A stretch of DNA of 4,193 bases from a virus (taxonomy: Duplodnaviria > Heunggongvirae > Uroviricota > Caudoviricetes). The DNA is taken from positions 1-4,193 of the IMG/VR virus record IMGVR_UViG_2675903417_000005; one strand, written 5' to 3'. The position numbers and the translations under genes are program-made. The notes beneath the pieces were generated by a model that saw nothing but the letters and a program-made list of their open reading frames with translations, ran no database searches and had not been told where the DNA came from. Shown here piece by piece: positions 1-4,193 of the stretch (position 1 is its first letter; each line of letters opens with the position of its first letter).

Positions 1-150
1 GGTCTGACGGCGCTTAGTGCTGAATTCACTATCGGCGAAGGTGAGTTGATGGCTCATGATGTCCCTCTGGGATGCGCTCCGGATGAATATGATGATCTCA
101 TATCAGGAACTTGTTCGCACCTTCCCTTACACACAGCGCAATGTTGTTAG
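1..150 (+). CDS. Possible 3' end of an upstream ORF (49 sense codons open to the window edge, stop TAG 148-150); product unknown
   Basis: Frame 1 is the only + frame open from position 1, and runs to TAG at 148-150. It is in the same orientation as the downstream coi/c1 pair. Chance openness of 49 codons is roughly 10%, so support is weak; no start codon or RBS is visible. Confidence 0.25.
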   Translation, partial: GLTALSAEFTIGEGELMAHDVPLGCAPDEYDDLISGTCSHLPLHTAQCC

Positions 151-229
151 ATTACCCCAGCATGGATCATGGGTGAAACAGTAGGTCAGAGCTTCAGGCT
201 CTGTGTTGTCAATACAGTGAGGCATAATT

Positions 230-439
230 ATGGCTTTCATTCAACCAACCATCGACGACGTTAGACATTGCTCTAACGCTTTATCTGTAGACCCTGCCGA
301 AACCGACGCTGCCCGCGCCATTGCTGAACACTACTCAAAGATATCCAATCAGGAGTACCGCATCACCCAAGACGACCTGGATGACCTCACTGACACAATC
401 GAATATCTCATGGCAACTAACCAGTTAGACTCACAATAA
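230..439 (+). CDS. coi: Coi-like C1-repressor inactivator (small acidic antirepressor), 69 aa
   Basis: ATG at 230 preceded by SD-like GTGAGG (217-222) with a 7-nt spacer; stop TAA 437-439. The protein is small and acidic (many D/E). Its length of 69 aa and position immediately upstream of, and co-oriented with, a 283-aa ORF match the P1 coi-c1 arrangement. Identity is by recall of family properties, not alignment. Confidence 0.75.
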   Translation: MAFIQPTIDDVRHCSNALSVDPAETDAARAIAEHYSKISNQEYRITQDDLDDLTDTIEYLMATNQLDSQ

Positions 440-482
440 ATGCACTAATAAATCTATTATTTTTGTTTGATCCCTCTATAAT
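439..482 (+). promoter_or_regulatory. C1-operator-like 17-mer (439-455, AATGCACTAATAAATCT) overlapping the -35 region of a putative sigma70 promoter (-10 TATAAT at 477-482) upstream of c1
   Basis: 439-455 matches the asymmetric P1 C1 operator consensus ATTGCTCTAATAAATTT at 14 of 17 positions, including a perfect CTAATAAAT core. A perfect TATAAT hexamer lies at 477-482, about 70 nt upstream of the c1 ATG; no good -35 is present, and the operator sits where the -35 would be. Confidence 0.5.
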
Positions 483-549
483 ATAGGTCAGTAATGACCG
501 GTTTTCTCAGCCGGGCGTTATTGACCATGTCAATTCTGGAGGAGGATCA

Positions 550-1401
550 ATGATAAATTATGTCTACGGCGAACAACTGTACCAGGAGTTCGTCAGCTTC
601 AGGGATCTCTTTCTAAAAAAAGCTGTTGCACGCGCCCAACACGTTGATACAGCCAGCGACGGTCGTCCTGTACGCCCGGTTGTCGTTCTACCGTTCAAAG
701 AAACTGACAGCATTCAGGCTGAAATTGATAAATGGACTTTAATGGCGCGGGAACTGGAACAGTACCCAGACCTCAATATCCCAAAGACTATTTTATATCC
801 AGTGCCTAACATCCTTCGCGGTGTTCGCAAGGTTACAACTTATCAGACAGAAGCTGTGAACAGCGTCAACATGACCGCTGGCCGCATTATTCATCTGATT
901 GATAAGGACATTCGCATCCAAAAAAGCGCGGGGATCAATGAGCACAGTGCGAAATACATAGAGAACCTGGAAGCAACAAAAGAGCTAATGAAGCAGTACC
1001 CAGAGGATGAAAAATTCCGTATGCGCGTACACGGCTTTAGCGAAACAATGCTGCGCGTCCACTACATTTCCAGTAGCCCTAACTACAATGATGGTAAATC
1101 AGTGAGTTACCATGTGCCACTGTGTGGCGTGTTTATCTGCGATGAAACTCTCCGTGATGGAATTATCATCAACGGTGAATTCGAAAAAGCAAAATTTAGC
1201 CTTTATGACTCCATAGAACCGATCATCTGCGACCGCTGGCCGCAAGCAAAAATATATCGCCTGGCAGATATTGAAAATGTAAAAAAACAAATTGCCATCA
1301 CTCGCGAAGAGAAAAAGGTCAAATCAGCCGCATCAGTTACGCGCAGCCGCAAAACTAAGAAGGGGCAGCCAGTAAACGACAACCCCGAAAGCGCGCAATA
1401 G
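550..1401 (+). CDS. c1: C1-like primary lysogeny repressor (P1-type), 283 aa
   Basis: 283-codon ORF with ATG at 550 preceded by a strong SD GGAGGAGG (538-545); stop TAG 1399-1401. The 283-aa length, its position downstream of a 69-aa coi-like ORF, the operator-like 17-mer just upstream, and convergence on pacB all fit P1 c1. No canonical nuclease or NTPase motifs were seen; the C-terminal tail is basic. Confidence 0.8.
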   Translation: MINYVYGEQLYQEFVSFRDLFLKKAVARAQHVDTASDGRPVRPVVVLPFKETDSIQAEIDKWTLMARELEQYPDLNIPKTILYPVPNILRGVRKVTTYQTEAVNSVNMTAGRIIHLIDKDIRIQKSAGINEHSAKYIENLEATKELMKQYPEDEKFRMRVHGFSETMLRVHYISSSPNYNDGKSVSYHVPLCGVFICDETLRDGIIINGEFEKAKFSLYDSIEPIICDRWPQAKIYRLADIENVKKQIAITREEKKVKSAASVTRSRKTKKGQPVNDNPESAQ

Positions 1402-1410
1402 TTTCCATCC

Positions 1411-1444
1411 GGCATGGTTAATGAGTTATTCATTAAGCCATGCC
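1411..1444. terminator. Stem-loop between the convergent c1 and pacB 3' ends (14-bp stem with one bulged G, 5-nt loop); candidate bidirectional terminator or RNA-stability element
   Basis: GGCATGGTTAATGA (1411-1424), loop GTTAT (1425-1429), TCATTAAGCCATGCC (1430-1444). The right arm overlaps the last codons of pacB. No flanking U-tract on either strand, so it is not a canonical intrinsic terminator. Confidence 0.4.
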
Positions 1445-2910
1445 AGAGCTTCATCAACCTGCGCTTCGTCTTCGACGCTAAGCACTTCATCTTGGGGAAC
1501 ATAGTTCGCCAACATAGCGAAACAATATGTATCCCAATGGTCCGGTGAGTGCAGGTTGAGTTTTTTCTTCATATCTTCCTTTGACATCACCTTCCATTGA
1601 CCTGCGGAATTTATCCCTACCGGTATCTTTGATGCTTCCTCTATAGTCGCAGCCCCCTTATCAAGCCTCATACGCCCTGATTTTACAGCTTCTGCCGCCT
1701 GAATATTCGCGAAAGCGCGCATATCGAAATAAAGGCTTTTATCTTCACGGCTGTGCATCTTTTTACCCCAGCGGATACGCTGGACGGTAATGCCATAGCG
1801 TTCGTACATTAGATCAGCCGTCGATTTCCCCAAGCCATCGCCATCAATAGCTATGGTTATGTTCGGGAACCGTTCTGGGTTACATTCTGCGAAAATCTTG
1901 GCGGCTAACTGCGTTTCTGTAACGTCTGTGTATTCCAGCATACGATAGTTGATTACACGGCGTTTATTTCGCTGGCCGGACACCATCATGATATTAATAA
2001 CGGACTTATCTCGTCCTGTGCCACCAGCAACGTCAACACATGCAACCCAGCCCCATCCTTTGGCAATCTTGACCTTTCGCCGCGTCGCCCGCTCAACCTC
2101 ATCACGACCAAGAAGAAAGCCATCTTGAGATTTGGGAAATTCACCACGTACTTTGATCATGTACATGGGGTTATCACGACCGCCATACTCCGCAAGTTTT
2201 GCTCGTATAAATTTTGCATCTACAAGCGGAGATTCTTCACTATTCAGTATTATCGCAGTAAACAATCCATCAGGATTTCCCGGGCGAATAGCTAGTCTGT
2301 GGTGTGAATCGTAGAAATAGCCTGAAGGTCGCGTAGGCTGGGAAAGAAGCAGAATACGGTTATCCTTACCGGTCAGCGCACCTGTTATCACACTGAATGC
2401 TTTATCACTCACACCCGACGCTTCGTCGATGATATACAAGAGATGATCGGCGTGTTCACCAGCCAACGCCTCCTCATTTCCGGGGCGACAGGACTTTATC
2501 AATATTGTCCAAACACCCTTGCCAGTCACCTCAAAAAAAGACGTTTCTGTAAGAATGAAATACTTCGACAACCACGGGAATCTGCTAACAGCAGTAGCCC
2601 AATTGCTCTTTATGTATTTGAAAATACCATCAAGGACTTGCTGTCTTTTGTTAGCGACCAGAATGACGCGAGCGCCGGGGAAAAACATGATGAAGAGTAT
2701 TGCAATGATACTCGTCATATCCGATTTACCAGTACCATGGCCGGAGGTCACACTTGTCCAACTGCCGTCCTGCTGCGTGGACTCAATGATCTCATCCTGC
2801 TGCCAGGTTGGTGTCTTCCCAAACAACACATCAGCGGCCGCAATCCAGTCATAACGATATAGCGCCACCAGCTCGCGCCAACGTGGGTCCGTTACGCAAC
2901 TTCTGGCCAT
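1426..2910 (-). CDS. pacB: Terminase large subunit (ATPase + nuclease), PacB-like, 494 aa
   Basis: Walker A SGHGTGKS is encoded at nt 2722-2745 and Walker B LLYIIDEA at nt 2419-2442. The C-terminal half has RNase-H-like nuclease acidic motifs ([23 protein letters not shown]). The ATG at 2908-2910 overlaps the upstream stop (TAATG). The 494-aa length matches what I recall for P1 PacB. Confidence 0.88.
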
Positions 2911-3980
2911 TAATCATCATCCCCGTACAGTTTGCGGGTAACTTCTTCGTCTTCCTCCTCGTCTTCGTCCAGATCCTGTTCAAGCCATGCTTCGTTTGAT
3001 ATGCCTTCCGCATCGACATCACCATAACCACCTGTATCGACGATATCGGCAATTTCTTCTCTACGATGCTCAATCCACAATGCCGCATCAGCGCGGCGGC
3101 TGGCGGCCCGTTCTCGCGCGATTTTATCCAGATCTTCAAGTGATGGAGCGCCAGATGCTGTTTGGTTTTCCTCATCATCGGTATTGGTCTTAGGAGCACG
3201 CAGATCGGCTTTGATTTGCTCCAGCATCAGGGGCGGCACTTTTCCTCCATGCGCCTCGATGAATTCAGCCGCTTCCAGCACTGACCAGTTATTTTCACGC
3301 TTTCGTTCGTATGCCAGCTTAACAATGCCAGCTTGCCCCATAGATAAAGCGTGCTTTTCCGCCTCCCGGCTTTCTTTTCGATAGTTATTCCGGATGCTGT
3401 AAATGGTGTTGATCAGGCTGCTTATCTGCGCGGAACAGCTGTTTAGCATGCTCGCGATACGGTATTCAGGCGGAGTACCTTCATCATCGTCTTTTTGCTG
3501 ATCGCGCATTTCCTGCACCAGGCGAATACACGTATCCCTGGCGTTCTCCAGCATAAGGAGATGAGAAAGAGACTTTTCCAGAAGAGTGGTTTCCAGAACA
3601 TCGGCCCCGGACCGACGCAACATAGCGCGCGCGGCCTTCCGCGCTTCAACGTTATCTATCAGGTAATCGCCAGCTTCGAATTCAAAGCGTTCACCATCAT
3701 CATCCAGGGTGTCGCGTTCCAGGCGATCACGTAAGGTACGGTGGGCGCGGGTGATCACGTCATGATCATCAGAACGATCATTTATGCGCTTATTTTGGCG
3801 CTTAGCGTTCTCGACTGCGGCACTAACAACAGCATTAACTTTTTGTTTTTCAGCCATTTCAGCCACAACGTAATCACCTGCACGTTGATCATTAGCGTGA
3901 TCAATGATCATGCTTTTTAGTGGTTTCCTGACAGGCTTATTTGGCTTAGGGGTTTGAGGGCCAATGATGCAAAAAACCAC
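2910..3980 (-). CDS. pacA: Terminase small / pac-recognition subunit, PacA-like (start codon uncertain: GTG 3980, ATG 3911 or ATG 3857)
   Basis: Long ORF immediately upstream of, and translationally coupled to, the large terminase (stop TAA 2910-2912 overlapping the pacB ATG). The 5' coding region contains the 4+3 TGATC(A/G) hexamer cluster, consistent with the P1 pac site lying within pacA. The C-terminus is highly acidic ([11 protein letters not shown]). An in-frame TGA at 3996-3998 limits the N-terminus, and none of the three candidate starts has a strong SD. Confidence 0.72.
3724..3911. other. pac-like packaging initiation site: seven Dam-methylatable hexamers TGATC(A/G), four at 3724-3780 and three at 3886-3910, flanking a roughly 105-bp core
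   Basis: Hexamers on the pacA sense strand: TGATCG (3724-3729), TGATCA (3752-3757), TGATCA (3763-3768), TGATCG (3775-3780), then TGATCA at 3886-3891, 3898-3903 and 3905-3910. About 0.15 such hexamers are expected by chance in this span. The 4+3 arrangement and overall size match the described P1 pac site, whose cleavage depends on Dam methylation of these elements. Confidence 0.6.
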
Positions 3981-4088
3981 GCTAACAGCGTTAGTTCATT
4001 GTTTATATTGAAATTGATAGGTACTGCGTTTACAGCCACTTCAGTCGTCATGGTGGGGCTGAGGGACGGGTCCGCTTGGAAAAAGGAA

Positions 4089-4103
4089 ATTATCCTACTA
4101 TAA
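4089..4103 (-). promoter_or_regulatory. Candidate promoter for pacAB: -10-like GATAAT (minus strand, 4094..4089) abutting the 9-mer TTATAGTAG (minus strand, 4103..4095)
   Basis: On the minus strand, CCCTTATAGTAGGATAATTTCC gives a TANNNT-type -10 with no recognisable -35, which is what an activator-dependent (Lpa-type late) promoter would look like. The 9-mer recurs at 4179-4187. This is weak: 9-mer repeats are expected by chance in 4 kb, and I cannot recall the exact late-promoter consensus. Confidence 0.25.
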
Positions 4104-4119
4104 GGGCTTCCCCGAACAG

Positions 4120-4191
4120 TCAACGCCGGTTTTTAATTTCTGTCTGTTCATCAATGAAAGGCAAGGGATAAGACTGCGCTACTATAAACGG
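4120..4191 (-). CDS. Possible 3' end of an upstream minus-strand ORF (23 sense codons open to the window edge, stop TGA at 4120-4122); product unknown
   Basis: One minus-strand frame stays open from the window edge to TGA at 4122..4120 (translation ...PFIVAQSYPLPFIDEQTEIKNRR*). In P1-like genomes a gene lies upstream of pacA on the same strand. A stretch this short is open by chance about a third of the time. Confidence 0.2.
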   Translation of the reverse strand, partial: PFIVAQSYPLPFIDEQTEIKNRR

Positions 4192-4193
4192 TC

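Larger units (their letters stand above)
1..4193. mobile_element. Segment of a P1-like temperate phage / phage-plasmid genome (immC immunity genes plus pacAB packaging genes)
   Basis: Gene content and order (69-aa + 283-aa + strand pair convergent with a small/large terminase pair), a C1-operator-like 17-mer, and a 4+3 TGATC(A/G) hexamer cluster inside the small terminase gene together match the P1 immC-pac region as I recall it. No search was run. Confidence 0.7.

Noticed and set aside
182-533. Repeated 8-mer TAGGTCAG (182-189 and 484-491) and short palindromes GGTCAgtaaTGACC (486-499) and TTGACcatGTCAA (521-533) upstream of coi and c1
   Set aside because: Exact 8-mer repeats and 4-5 bp-arm palindromes are expected many times by chance in a 4-kb window. 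They may be real regulatory or leader-structure elements, but the sequence alone does not support a call.
550-1401. The 283-aa protein as a novel PD-(D/E)xK-like nuclease or abortive-infection effector (suggested by ...CDETLRDGIIINGEFEKAK...)
   Set aside because: The motif match is loose, while length, neighbours and the operator fit a P1-type C1 repressor far better. I could not support a nuclease call from sequence alone.
1099-1502. Minus-strand ORFs 1099-1290 (63 aa) and 1203-1502 (99 aa)
   Set aside because: Antisense to the c1-like gene and running across the c1/pacB hairpin; no start-site support.
2132-2862. Three + strand ORFs (2132-2314, 2443-2862, 2519-2854; 60-139 aa) inside the pacB region
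   Set aside because: They are antisense to a large-terminase gene with clear Walker A/B and nuclease motifs, lack convincing RBSs, and have low-complexity or odd composition. Typical shadow ORFs.
2910-3980. pacA-like ORF as a ParB-like nuclease or other non-terminase protein often found next to large terminase genes
   Set aside because: No ParB-type motif was recognisable, and the internal 4+3 Dam hexamer cluster together with coupling to the large terminase argues for a pac-recognition small subunit.
3981-4020. Inverted repeat CTAAC-agc-GTTAG (3982-3994) and an IHF-like AT-rich segment (about 4000-4020) just upstream of the pacA GTG
   Set aside because: The repeat has only 5-bp arms and the IHF consensus (WATCAANNNNTTR) is not fully matched. 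Accessory pac-region protein sites are plausible but not demonstrable here.
2808-4123. Alternative-frame or antisense ORFs overlapping pacA (2808-2999 +, 2849-3199 -, 2987-3193 +, 3184-3384 +, 3443-3649 -, 3495-3734 +, 3917-4123 -)
   Set aside because: All lie within or across the pacA reading frame, which has the operon context and translational coupling to pacB. The 3917-4123 ORF would need a TTG start and overlaps the pacA 5' end. No independent signals.
1-4193. Scan for tRNA, CRISPR repeats, IS terminal inverted repeats and long direct repeats
   Set aside because: No cloverleaf-compatible segment, no regularly spaced repeat array and no long terminal inverted repeats were seen by eye; a dedicated tool search would be needed to fully exclude small RNAs.

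Overview
This window reads as the immunity (immC) / DNA-packaging junction of a P1-like temperate phage or phage-plasmid, and I find no evidence of an undescribed system in it. On the + strand, a 69-aa acidic ORF (coi-like, 230-439) is followed by a 283-aa ORF (c1 repressor-like, 550-1401), with a 14/17 match to the P1 C1 operator consensus between them. These converge on a - strand terminase operon: a pacA-like small subunit (2910-3980) translationally coupled by a TAATG overlap to a 494-aa large terminase (pacB-like, 1426-2910) with clear Walker A/B and nuclease motifs. The 5' part of pacA carries seven TGATC(A/G) Dam hexamers in a 4+3 arrangement over about 190 bp, matching the described P1 pac site. 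A 14-bp stem-loop sits between the convergent c1 and pacB 3' ends. Short open frames touch both window edges and probably belong to flanking genes. All gene names rest on recalled properties of the P1 family (protein lengths, operator consensus, pac architecture, gene order) plus motifs visible in the sequence; no database search was possible. I cannot tell whether this is P1 itself or a relative. The items most worth checking are the exact pacA start, the promoter driving pacAB, and possible extra C1 operator sites.
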